A stretch of DNA of 45,192 bases. Source: Gemmatimonadales bacterium (lineage in GTDB: Bacteria > Gemmatimonadota > Gemmatimonadetes > Gemmatimonadales > GWC2-71-9). The notes beneath the pieces were generated by a model that saw only the letters and a list, made by a program, of their open reading frames with translations, was not told the origin of the DNA and made no database searches. The DNA is taken from NCBI GenBank assembly GCA_036395195.1, contig DASWDP010000009.1, forward strand, positions 1 to 45,192. Reading direction: 5' to 3'. Below, piece by piece: positions 27,086-34,811 of the stretch; position 1 is the stretch's first letter, and each line of letters begins with the position of its first letter. The position numbers and the translations under genes were made by a program.

Positions 27086-27964
27086 ATGACGAGCCGTCGC
27101 TTCCCCAAGCGCCCCTCCCCTTCGCCGGAATCGCTCGTCGAACGGGTGGATCAGCAGCGCCCGGGGGACGTCCCCGGGGACACGGTCCCCACCGGCTTCC
27201 CCTCCATCGACCGGCTCCTGGGCGGCGGCCTGCGCCGGCGCGACCTGATCGTGCTCGGCGGGGACGTCGGCGCGGGGAAGTCGGCGCTCGCGCTCGGCGT
27301 GGCGCTGCGCGTCGCGCAGCACAACGTGGGCGTGGCGTTCTTCTCGGGGGAGATGGACGAAGAGCGCCTGATGGAGCGCGCGCTCGCGATCGAGGGCCGC
27401 GTGGCCATCGACGAGCTCCGCGGCGCCAAGCTCAACGAGCAGACGCGCGCGGGGATCGGCGGCGCGGCGGTCCGGCTCCGGGGGCTGCCGCTCACCATCC
27501 TGTCGCTCGCCGCGCCGGACTGGGAAACGGCGGCGGGACGGCTCGACCCGCTGCGCCAGCTCGGGCTCGTCGTGGTGGACTACCTGCAGCTCGTTCCCTC
27601 GCCGGCGGGCGTGGCGCGCTCGACGCAGGACGAGGACCTGGCGCTCGCGTTGCAGCGGCTCAAGGCGCTCGCGCTCGAGCGGCAGGTGGCGCTGCTCGTC
27701 GTGTCGCAGCTGCCCAAGTTCGACGCCAAGCGCCCCAATCCCCGACCCAGCCTCGACGACTTCGGCCACCTGGGCGCGATCAAACAGCACGCCGACGTGA
27801 CGCTCGGGATCTACCGCGAGGAGATGTACAACCCCGGGTACGGGGTGGAGGGCGCGACCGAACTGATCGTGCTGAAGAACCGCAACGGGCCGACGGGGTT
27901 CGTCGACCTGTACTTCTACCGCCGCTGGATGCGCTTCGAGGACATGCTCGACCCGGACCGCTGA
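27086..27964 (+). CDS. DnaB-helicase C-terminal (RecA-fold ATPase) domain protein lacking the DnaB N-terminal domain
   Basis: 292 aa with AGGAG 8 nt upstream of the ATG. It aligns with the DnaB C-domain: TGFPSIDRLLGGGL, Walker A GDVGAGKS, Walker B VVVDYLQLV, VVSQL, and KNRNGPTG. Confidence 0.8.
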   Translation: MTSRRFPKRPSPSPESLVERVDQQRPGDVPGDTVPTGFPSIDRLLGGGLRRRDLIVLGGDVGAGKSALALGVALRVAQHNVGVAFFSGEMDEERLMERALAIEGRVAIDELRGAKLNEQTRAGIGGAAVRLRGLPLTILSLAAPDWETAAGRLDPLRQLGLVVVDYLQLVPSPAGVARSTQDEDLALALQRLKALALERQVALLVVSQLPKFDAKRPNPRPSLDDFGHLGAIKQHADVTLGIYREEMYNPGYGVEGATELIVLKNRNGPTGFVDLYFYRRWMRFEDMLDPDR

Positions 27965-28368
27965 GCGGCGGTCGAGTCGAGGCCGGGGATGGTGCCGACG
28001 AGAGTGTAGGTCGTCCCCGCCCCGCCAACGTTGGGCTTGAGGGTGATCCAGAGCGACCGCTTGGCGCTGTCGGCGTAGATGGAGATCGACCCGTCGCGCA
28101 GGACGCCGTCGGCCTGCAGCTCCCACCCGTTGAGGCGTAACTCCTGCCGATACCAGGTTGCGACGGCCTCCGCGGGGGCGGGGGTGGTGAACACGGCCTG
28201 CGCCGCCTCCTCACCCGCCGTTACGCTCACCACGGTCGAGTGCGGGTAGGCGAGGACCCCCTTCAACGCCTGGGCCGCCAGCTCGCGTTGCGCCGCGCCC
28301 TCGGCCGGACGCTCGCACGCCGCGACCACGGTCACCATTGTCAGGAGCGCGCCGAGGCGGAGTCTCAT
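27916..28368 (-). CDS. Hypothetical lipoprotein
   Basis: 150 aa with signal peptide and lipobox LLTMVTVVAAC. There is no recognisable domain. Its 3' end overlaps the convergent DnaB_C gene by 49 nt. Confidence 0.6.
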   Translation of the reverse strand: MRLRLGALLTMVTVVAACERPAEGAAQRELAAQALKGVLAYPHSTVVSVTAGEEAAQAVFTTPAPAEAVATWYRQELRLNGWELQADGVLRDGSISIYADSAKRSLWITLKPNVGGAGTTYTLVGTIPGLDSTAAQRSGSSMSSKRIQRR

Positions 28369-28430
28369 GGGGCCGTATCCTACCTGTGGCGCCGCGCTGA
28401 GGTCAAGTTGTAACTTGGGACCGATCCGAG

Positions 28431-29186
28431 GTGCCCATGGCCGGCCACAGTAAATGGAAGCAGATCAAGCGGAAGAAGGCCGTCACCGACGCGCGGCGCG
28501 GCGCGCTGTTCACCAAGCTGATCCGCGAGATCACGATCGCCGCCAAGCAGGGCGGCGGCGATCCCGCGGGCAACGCCCGGCTCCGCACCGCCATCGACGC
28601 CGCCAAGGCGGAGAACATGCCGCTCGACAACATCGAGCGCGCCATCAAGAAGGGGACGGGCGAGCTGGCGGGCGTGACGTACGAAGAAGTCACCTACGAG
28701 GCGTACGGGCCCGGCGGCGCGGCCCTCCTCATCGAAGCGACTACCGACAACCCGAACCGCACCGTCGCGGAGATTCGCCACGTCTTCCAGCGCCACGGCG
28801 GCAACCTCGGCGCCGCGAACTCCGTGGTGTGGATGTTCGACCGCAAGGCCCAGATCACCGTGGACGCGACCCGTGCCGACGAGGACACCGTCATGGAGGC
28901 GGCGCTCGATGCCGGAGCGGACGATATGGCGCGCGACGGCGACGTCTTTCTGATCACCGGACCCGCGGGCCAGCTGCATCAGATCACCGAGCGGCTGAAG
29001 GCCAAGAAGATCGCGGTCCAGACGGCCGAGATCGCCCTGATCCCCAAGAGCACGGTGAAGGTAGACGGGAAGGACGCGAAGCACCTGCTCGCCCTGATCG
29101 AAGCGCTGGAAGAGATGGACGACGTCGCGAAGGTATCCTCGAACTTCGACATCGACGCCGAGGCGTTGGCGGCGGCGACGGCATAG
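28431..29186 (+). CDS. yebC: YebC/PmpR family DNA-binding transcriptional regulator
   Basis: It reads MAGHSKWKQIKRKKAVTDARRGALFTKLIREI... A GAGG lies 5 nt upstream of the ATG at 28431. The alternative start is 28437 (MAGHSKW). Confidence 0.92.
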   Translation: MPMAGHSKWKQIKRKKAVTDARRGALFTKLIREITIAAKQGGGDPAGNARLRTAIDAAKAENMPLDNIERAIKKGTGELAGVTYEEVTYEAYGPGGAALLIEATTDNPNRTVAEIRHVFQRHGGNLGAANSVVWMFDRKAQITVDATRADEDTVMEAALDAGADDMARDGDVFLITGPAGQLHQITERLKAKKIAVQTAEIALIPKSTVKVDGKDAKHLLALIEALEEMDDVAKVSSNFDIDAEALAAATA

Positions 29187-29187
29187 C

Positions 29188-29670
29188 GTGAAGGTGCTGG
29201 GCGTCGACCCGGGCACGGCGGTCACCGGCTACGGCGTGATCGACACCGGGAACGGAGTGGGGACGCCCGGGATGGGCCGGTTGATCGAGTGCGGCGTCAT
29301 CCGGTTCGAGCGCGGCAGCGCCCTCCCCCGGCGCCTGCACGAGCTGCACGCGCACATCGCCGATCTCATCGCCCGCCACCATCCCTCCGCGCTCGCCCTG
29401 GAAAACGCCTTCTACCACAAGAACGCGCGCACGACGCTCGTGCTGGGCCACGCGCGCGGCGTAGTGCTGCTCGCGGCCCAGCAGGCGGGCCTCGAGATCG
29501 CGGAGTATCCCCCCGCCACCGTGAAGAAGACGGTGACCGGCGCGGGCGGCGCCCCCAAGGCCCAGGTCGGCGCCGTCGTGGCGCGGCTGCTCAAGCTCAC
29601 GCACGCGCCGACGCCGGCGGATGCCGCCGACGGCGTGGCCGTGGCGCTCACGTACATCCTCCGCACGTGA
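29188..29670 (+). CDS. ruvC: Crossover junction endodeoxyribonuclease RuvC
   Basis: 160 aa with a GTG start. It has VLGVDPGTAVTGYGVI and the catalytic acidic residues. Confidence 0.92.
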   Translation: MKVLGVDPGTAVTGYGVIDTGNGVGTPGMGRLIECGVIRFERGSALPRRLHELHAHIADLIARHHPSALALENAFYHKNARTTLVLGHARGVVLLAAQQAGLEIAEYPPATVKKTVTGAGGAPKAQVGAVVARLLKLTHAPTPADAADGVAVALTYILRT

Positions 29671-30275
29671 TCGCCCAGGTCTCGGGCCGCCTGACGGCGA
29701 AGCAGGGCGATCGCGTGATGGTCCAGACCGCGGGCGGCGTCGGCTACGAGATCGTCGTGCCGCTGGGCGTGATGGGGCGCCTCCCGCCGGTCGGCGAGGC
29801 GGTGAGCCTCGCCACCGAGCTCGTCGTGCGCGAGGACGGCTGGGCGCTCTACGGATTCACCGAGGAGGCGGAGCGGCGCTTGTTCCAGCGCCTGATCGGC
29901 GTGAGCGGCGTAGGCCCGAAGATCGCGATCGCGCTACTATCGGCGCTCGGCGCGGAACGCGGCGCGCGGGCGCTCAAGGAGCGCAACATCGGGCTGCTCG
30001 CTTCGGTGAGCGGCATCGGCAAGAAGACCGCCGAGCGGCTGGCGCTTGAACTGGCCGATAAGCTGGGCGAGTTTGAAGCTGCCGCCGGCGCCGCGACACC
30101 GGCCGACGGCGCCGCGGAAGCGGCGCTCCGGGCGCTGGAGCAGCTCGGGTACGGGACGGCGGAGGCGGACCGGGCGCTGCGCCAGGTGCTCGCGGCCGAC
30201 GGCGGGGAGAGTGGGAGAGGCGGAGACCCCGAGACCCTGGTCCGCCGGGCGCTGCAACTTCTCACCCACGGATGA
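29667..30275 (+). CDS. ruvA: Holliday junction branch migration complex subunit RuvA
   Basis: 202 aa from a GTG at 29667 (GTGA overlap with ruvC). It has VIAQVSGRL..., GVGYEI and HhH motifs GVSGVGPKIA / GIGKKTAERL. Confidence 0.9.
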   Translation: MIAQVSGRLTAKQGDRVMVQTAGGVGYEIVVPLGVMGRLPPVGEAVSLATELVVREDGWALYGFTEEAERRLFQRLIGVSGVGPKIAIALLSALGAERGARALKERNIGLLASVSGIGKKTAERLALELADKLGEFEAAAGAATPADGAAEAALRALEQLGYGTAEADRALRQVLAADGGESGRGGDPETLVRRALQLLTHG

Positions 30276-30514
30276 CGATGACGACCGCTGAGTGGATCTG
30301 CACCCGCTGCGGGTCGACCAACCGGATCCTCGTGCCGGACGGCGCGACGCGGGCGGCGGACGAGTGCCTCACCTGCCACACGCGGCACGCGCTCGAGGTC
30401 GATGCGCGGCCGGTGCGGTGGCGCGCCACTTCCCAGGCTAAAGCCTGGGCTCGGCACGGCACTGTCCTTAAGGACAGTGTTTCGCCGAGCCCACCCTTCA
30501 GGGTGGGGACGTGA
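30272..30514 (+). CDS. Small zinc-ribbon-like protein (CxxC-N18-CxxC); the 3' third reads through a triple-hairpin element
   Basis: 80 aa with ATGA overlap to ruvA and GTGA overlap to ruvB. The first ~50 codons have high GC3 and carry CTRC...CLTC. The last ~28 codons have poor GC3 and coincide with three stem-loops. Confidence 0.45.
   Translation: MTMTTAEWICTRCGSTNRILVPDGATRAADECLTCHTRHALEVDARPVRWRATSQAKAWARHGTVLKDSVSPSPPFRVGT
30432..30507 (+). other. Three consecutive stem-loops (structured element) immediately 5' of the ruvB start
   Basis: CCCAGGC-TAAA-GCCTGGG lies at 30432-30449. GGCTCGGC (30448-55) pairs with GCCGAGCC (30484-91) and encloses the perfect 20-nt palindrome CACTGTCCTTAAGGACAGTG (30461-80). 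CCCACCC-TTCA-GGGTGGG lies at 30490-30507. Confidence 0.75.
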
Positions 30515-31548
30515 CGCGGGCCCGCACGCAGATCACCACCCCCGAAGCCCTGCCCGAAGAGCGCAGCGCCGACGCGGCGCTCCGCCCCTCCCGGCTCGAC
30601 GAGTTCGTCGGCCAGGCGAAGGTGAAAGAGTCGCTCCAGATCGCCATCGACGCGGCGAAGCAGCGCGGCGAGCCCCTCGACCACGCGCTGTTCTTCGGCC
30701 CCCCGGGCCTCGGCAAGACCACGCTCGCCCTGCTCATGGCGAAGGAGCTGGGCGTCGGCATCCGGACCACGTCCGGGCCCGTGCTCGAGCGCCCCGGCGA
30801 CCTGGTGGGCATGCTCACGTCGCTCAAGGCGGGCGACATCCTCTTCATCGACGAGGTGCACCGGCTCCGGCCCGCGCTCGAGGAGTTTCTCTACCCCGCG
30901 ATGGAGGAGTACCGGGTGGACGTGCGCATCGCCGAGGGCCCGCACGGCCAGACGATCCCGATGGCGCTCGAGCGCTTCACGTTGATCGGGGCGACCACGC
31001 GGTTCGGCCTCCTCACGCCGCCCATGCGCGCGCGCTTCGGGCTGGTCGAGCGGCTCTCTTACTACCCGCCCGACGACCTCGCGCAGATCCTGGCCCGCTC
31101 GGCCGGCATCCTCGACGTGCCGGCCGACGCGGCGGGGATCGCGGAGCTCGCGCGCCGCAGCCGGGGCACGCCGCGCGTCGCCAACCGGCTGCTCAAACGG
31201 GTGCGCGACTACGCTCAGGTCCGCGCCGGCGGCAAGATCACCGCCCAGGTGGCGGGCGAAGCGCTCAAGCGGCTCGACGTGGACGAATTCGGGCTCGACG
31301 ACATGGACGGGCGCATCCTGAAGACCATCATCGAGCAGTTCGACGGCGGCCCCGTGGGACTCGGCACCATCGCGGCGGCCGTGGGCGAAGACCCGGGGAC
31401 GCTCGAGGAGGTGTACGAGCCGTTCCTCATGCAGCAGGGCTTCCTCGCGCGCACCGCCCGCGGCCGCTGCGCCACGGGGTCCGCGTACCGGCATTTCGGG
31501 TTTACTCCCCCTAAGAGCGCTGAACAGCCGACGATGTTTGACAGCTAG
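30511..31548 (+). CDS. ruvB: Holliday junction DNA helicase RuvB
   Basis: 345 aa. It has [12 protein letters not shown], Walker [10 protein letters not shown] and FIDEVHRL. Confidence 0.95.
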   Translation: MTRARTQITTPEALPEERSADAALRPSRLDEFVGQAKVKESLQIAIDAAKQRGEPLDHALFFGPPGLGKTTLALLMAKELGVGIRTTSGPVLERPGDLVGMLTSLKAGDILFIDEVHRLRPALEEFLYPAMEEYRVDVRIAEGPHGQTIPMALERFTLIGATTRFGLLTPPMRARFGLVERLSYYPPDDLAQILARSAGILDVPADAAGIAELARRSRGTPRVANRLLKRVRDYAQVRAGGKITAQVAGEALKRLDVDEFGLDDMDGRILKTIIEQFDGGPVGLGTIAAAVGEDPGTLEEVYEPFLMQQGFLARTARGRCATGSAYRHFGFTPPKSAEQPTMFDS

Positions 31549-31550
31549 CC

Positions 31551-31630
31551 AATTGCGGATCTCGGATTGCGGATTGCGGATTGAAGGCGCGACCGTCGAA
31601 TCCGCAATCCGAAATCCACAATCCGCAATT
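31551..31630. repeat. Heptamer-repeat palindrome, GATTGCG type, filling the ruvB-queA spacer
   Basis: The left arm is AATTGCG GATCTCG GATTGCG GATTGCG GATTGAA (31551-85). The right arm is AATCCGC AATCCGA AATCCAC AATCCGC AATT (31599-630). Pairing covers 32 positions with 4 mismatches, with a 16-nt loop. Confidence 0.92.
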
Positions 31631-31636
31631 CTCCGC

Positions 31637-32668
31637 GTGCGCTACCGAACCGCAGACTTCGACTACACCCTGCCAGCCGAGCTGATTGCTCAGGAACCGC
31701 TCCCCGACCGCGCGGCGAGCCGCCTGCTCGTCCTCGAGCGGGCGAACGGGCGCGTCCGCCACGCGCGCTTCCCGGACCTCCTCGAGCTGATCGCGCCGCA
31801 AGACGTACTCGTCCTCAACGTGTCGCGGGTAATCCCGGCGCGACTGCACGGGAGACGGGAGACGGGAGCCGCGGCGGAGATCCTGCTCGTCCGCGAGCTG
31901 CCCGACGGGAGCTGGCTCGCGATGGGGCGCCCCGGCGGGAAACTCAAGCCTGGACGGCGCGTGACCTTCGGCGACGACAGCGCGGTGGAGATCGTCGAGA
32001 TGCTGGGCGGCGGGCTGCGACGGGTGCGTTTCGTCGGGCCGCTCGATGCCCGGGCGACGCTCGCCACGTACGGCGCGGTCCCGCTGCCCCCGTATATCCG
32101 CCGCGCCCCCCGACCCGAGGACCGCGAGCGCTACCAGACGGTGTACGCCGCGCACGACGGCAGCGTCGCCGCGCCGACGGCGGGGCTGCATTTCACCCCC
32201 GAGCTGCTCGCCCGGCTCCGCGCGACGGGCGCGGCGACGGCCGAGCTCGATCTCCACGTCGGCCCGGGCACCTTCAAGCCCGTGGAAACGGACGACCTGG
32301 CGCACCACACGATGCACGCCGAAGCGTACGCGGTGGGCGAGGACGCGGCGGCACTCATTAACGCGAGACGGGAAGCGGGAGGCCGCGTCTGGGCGGTGGG
32401 GACCACGGTGGTGCGGACGCTCGAGACGTGCGCCGACGAGCGCGGCCGGATCCGCGCGGGCGCCGGGGAGACGCGGGCGTTCATTTATCCGCCGTACCCG
32501 TTCCGCGCCCTCGACCGCCTGCTCACCAATTTTCACCTGCCGCGCTCGACGCTGCTAATGTTGGTGTGCGCCTTCGGGGGATATGAGCACGTGATGGGGG
32601 CGTATCGGGAGGCGATTGCGGACGGATACCGGTTCTATTCGTATGGCGATGCGATGGCGATCATCTGA
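31637..32668 (+). CDS. queA: S-adenosylmethionine:tRNA ribosyltransferase-isomerase QueA
   Basis: From the GTG at 31637 it reads (M)RYRTADFDYTLPAELIAQEP, which aligns with the QueA N-terminus of E. coli (MRVTDFSFELPESLIA). The ORF-track TTG at 31538 only reads through the upstream repeat. Confidence 0.9.
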   Translation: MRYRTADFDYTLPAELIAQEPLPDRAASRLLVLERANGRVRHARFPDLLELIAPQDVLVLNVSRVIPARLHGRRETGAAAEILLVRELPDGSWLAMGRPGGKLKPGRRVTFGDDSAVEIVEMLGGGLRRVRFVGPLDARATLATYGAVPLPPYIRRAPRPEDRERYQTVYAAHDGSVAAPTAGLHFTPELLARLRATGAATAELDLHVGPGTFKPVETDDLAHHTMHAEAYAVGEDAAALINARREAGGRVWAVGTTVVRTLETCADERGRIRAGAGETRAFIYPPYPFRALDRLLTNFHLPRSTLLMLVCAFGGYEHVMGAYREAIADGYRFYSYGDAMAII

Positions 32669-32745
32669 TTTCGGATTGCGGATTGTGGATTGCGGATTGG
32701 CAGGTCGACCTTCGAATCCGCAATCCGAAATCCGCAATCCGCAAT
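32667..32745. repeat. Heptamer-repeat palindrome, GATTGCG type, filling the queA-tgt spacer
   Basis: The left arm is GATTTCG GATTGCG GATTGTG GATTGCG GATTGGC (32667-701). The right arm is AATCCGC AATCCGA AATCCGC AATCCGC AAT (32715-45). Unit and spacer core (GACC.TCGAATCC) match those of 31551-31630. Confidence 0.92.
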
Positions 32746-32752
32746 AGCGCCC

Positions 32753-33934
32753 GTGTTCGAGTTCACCATCGAAGCGACGTCCGGCGCGGCCCGCACCGGC
32801 ACCCTCACTCTGCCCCACGGCACCGTCGAGACGCCGGTGTTCATGCCGGTGGGCACGCAGGGGACCGTGCGCGCGCTCTCGCCCGGCGACCTGCGCGCGG
32901 CGGGCGCGGAGCTGGTGCTCGCGAACACCTACCACCTGCACGTGCGCCCGGGCGAGCAGGTGGTCGAGAAGCTCGGGCGGCTGCACCGGTTCATGGGCTG
33001 GGACCGCCCCCTGCTCACCGATTCGGGCGGCTTCCAGGTGTTCTCGCTCGCGGGGTTGCGGCGGGTGGACGAGGACGGCGTCGAGTTCCAGAGCCATGTG
33101 GACGGGAGCCGCCGCACGCTCACGCCGGAGCGGGCCACGGAGATCCAGTGGACCCTGGGCGCCGACATCGCGATGGCGTTCGATCACGTGGCGCCGGGGG
33201 GCGCGGATGAAGGCACCGCACGCGACGCCCTGGAGCGGACGCTGCGGTGGCTGGAGCGGTGCGCCAAGAGGCATCGGGGGCTGATGGAAGGTCGGAAGGT
33301 TGGAACGTTGGAAGGCGGTTCCGTCCAACCTTCCAACCTTCCAACCTTCCCCCAGACTCTCTGGCCCATCCTGCAAGGCGGCACCCATCTCCAGCTTCGG
33401 ACCGAGGGTCTCCGCCGCATCCTCGAGCTCGGCTCCTGGACCGGCCTCGCCATCGGCGGGCTCTCCGTCGGCGAGCCCAAGCCGGTGATGTATGAGATGC
33501 TCGAGCGGCTGGAGCCCGGGCTTCCCGCGCCGCTGCCGCGTTATCTTATGGGTGTCGGGTTCCCCGAGGACCTGGTGGCGGCGGTGGAGCGCGGGGTGGA
33601 CCTGTTCGACTGCGTTGCGCCGACGCGCAACGGGCGCAACGGCTCCGCGTTCACGCCCGACGGCCCGGTGAACATCCGCAACGCCGAGCATCGTGAGGAC
33701 GCCCGGCCGCTCGACGAGGCCTGCGACTGCGAGACGTGCACCACGTTCTCGCGCGGCTATCTCCGCCACCTGTTCATGGCAGAGGAGCTGCTGGGACTCC
33801 GGCTCCTGTCGTTGCACAACGTCCGCTACCTGATCCGGCTCGCCGCAGCCATGCGGGCCGCGATCCGGCGGAACGCCTTCGGCGCATGGGCCGAGGAGTG
33901 GCGCCGCCGCTACCTGCAACCGAGATCCGCATGA
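32753..33934 (+). CDS. tgt: tRNA-guanine transglycosylase Tgt (with an in-frame repeat-encoded insertion)
   Basis: From the GTG at 32753 it reads (M)FEFTIEATSGAARTGTL..TPVFMPVGT. It has GGLSVGE, YLMGVG and the zinc motif CDCETC...H. The ORF-track start at 32690 lies in the upstream repeat. Confidence 0.9.
   Translation: MFEFTIEATSGAARTGTLTLPHGTVETPVFMPVGTQGTVRALSPGDLRAAGAELVLANTYHLHVRPGEQVVEKLGRLHRFMGWDRPLLTDSGGFQVFSLAGLRRVDEDGVEFQSHVDGSRRTLTPERATEIQWTLGADIAMAFDHVAPGGADEGTARDALERTLRWLERCAKRHRGLMEGRKVGTLEGGSVQPSNLPTFPQTLWPILQGGTHLQLRTEGLRRILELGSWTGLAIGGLSVGEPKPVMYEMLERLEPGLPAPLPRYLMGVGFPEDLVAAVERGVDLFDCVAPTRNGRNGSAFTPDGPVNIRNAEHREDARPLDEACDCETCTTFSRGYLRHLFMAEELLGLRLLSLHNVRYLIRLAAAMRAAIRRNAFGAWAEEWRRRYLQPRSA
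33286..33350. repeat. Octamer-repeat palindrome (GGAAGGTY / CCAACCTT) lying in frame inside tgt
   Basis: GGAAGGTC GGAAGGTT GGAACGTT GGAAGGCG occupy 33286-317. CCAACCTT x3 plus CC occupy 33325-350. The loop is about 9 nt. It translates as EGRKVGTLEGGSVQPSNLPTFP. Confidence 0.9.
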
Positions 33935-34266
33935 CCGCGCACGGACTGTACGCCTTGTGGTTCGCCCCGTCGGGCCAGAACGCCGGGGGCGGGCTCGCCG
34001 TTTTCATGATCCAGATCGCGGCCCTGATCGCGATCTTCTACTTCATGCTGATCCGCCCGCAGCGCCGGCAGCAAGAGCGGCACCGCCAGCTGCTGGCCTC
34101 GCTGCAGCGCGGGGATCGCGTCGTGACCTCGGGCGGGATCGTCGGCGAGGTGGTCCACCTCAAGGACGACGAGGTCACCGTGAAGAGCGGCGAGTCGCGC
34201 TTCGTCGTGCTGCGCGCGAACATCGCGAACATCCTCAACCGCTCGGTCGAAGCCAAGCCGCAGTGA
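33931..34266 (+). CDS. yajC: Preprotein translocase subunit YajC
   Basis: 111 aa with an ATGA overlap with tgt. It has one TM segment and the motifs LIRPQRRQ and GDRVVTSGGIVGEV. Confidence 0.88.
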   Translation: MTAHGLYALWFAPSGQNAGGGLAVFMIQIAALIAIFYFMLIRPQRRQQERHRQLLASLQRGDRVVTSGGIVGEVVHLKDDEVTVKSGESRFVVLRANIANILNRSVEAKPQ

Positions 34267-34811
34267 CGATCCGGAAGCTCCACCTGCTCGGCTCCCCCGT
34301 GCTGCGGCAGCGCGCGACCCCCGTCGGCGCCGTGGACGACGCCGTGCGGCAGCTGGTGGACGACCTGTTCGAGACGATGCGGGCGGCGAAAGGGGTGGGG
34401 CTCGCGGCGAATCAGGTCGGCGTGGCACGCCGCGTGGCCGTGGTCGACGTCGGCGAGGACGACCCGCCGCCGCTCGTGCTCATCAATCCCCGCATCGTCC
34501 ACGCGAGCGACGTCACCGAGACCGCCGAGGAAGGCTGCCTCTCGATCCCCGACATCTACGGGGAGGTCGAGCGGCCGCTCGCCGTGACGGTGGAGGCGCT
34601 CGACCGCGACGGCCGGCCGTACCGCGTCGAGGTCGCGGGGTTCAAGGCCCGCGCCGTGCAGCACGAGATCGACCACCTCGACGGCGTGCTGTTCCTCGAC
34701 CACCTGAGCGCGGTGAAGCGGGGGCTGCTGGTGGCGAAGTGGAAGAAGTCCCGCAAGGGGAAGTCCGGCTACGTCAAAGAGGTCACGCCGGAGCCGGCGG
34801 GCGAGCTGTAG
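34263..34811 (+). CDS. def: Peptide deformylase
   Basis: 182 aa from a GTG at 34263 (GTGA overlap). It has the three deformylase motifs GVGLAANQ, EGCLS and HEIDH. Confidence 0.92.
   Translation: MTIRKLHLLGSPVLRQRATPVGAVDDAVRQLVDDLFETMRAAKGVGLAANQVGVARRVAVVDVGEDDPPPLVLINPRIVHASDVTETAEEGCLSIPDIYGEVERPLAVTVEALDRDGRPYRVEVAGFKARAVQHEIDHLDGVLFLDHLSAVKRGLLVAKWKKSRKGKSGYVKEVTPEPAGEL

Noticed and set aside
30432-30507. A 76-nt stretch with three hairpins considered as a tRNA or tRNA-like gene.
   Set aside because: It has no acceptor stem closing the structure, no GTTCRANYC T-loop or D-loop consensus, and the middle hairpin is far too long. It is kept only as an unclassified structured element.
31551-32745. 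Whether the heptamer arrays are CRISPR arrays.
   Set aside because: The units are 7-10 nt and directly abutting, with no unique spacers. The arrays are only 30-45 nt per arm and come as inverted pairs. No cas genes are in the window.
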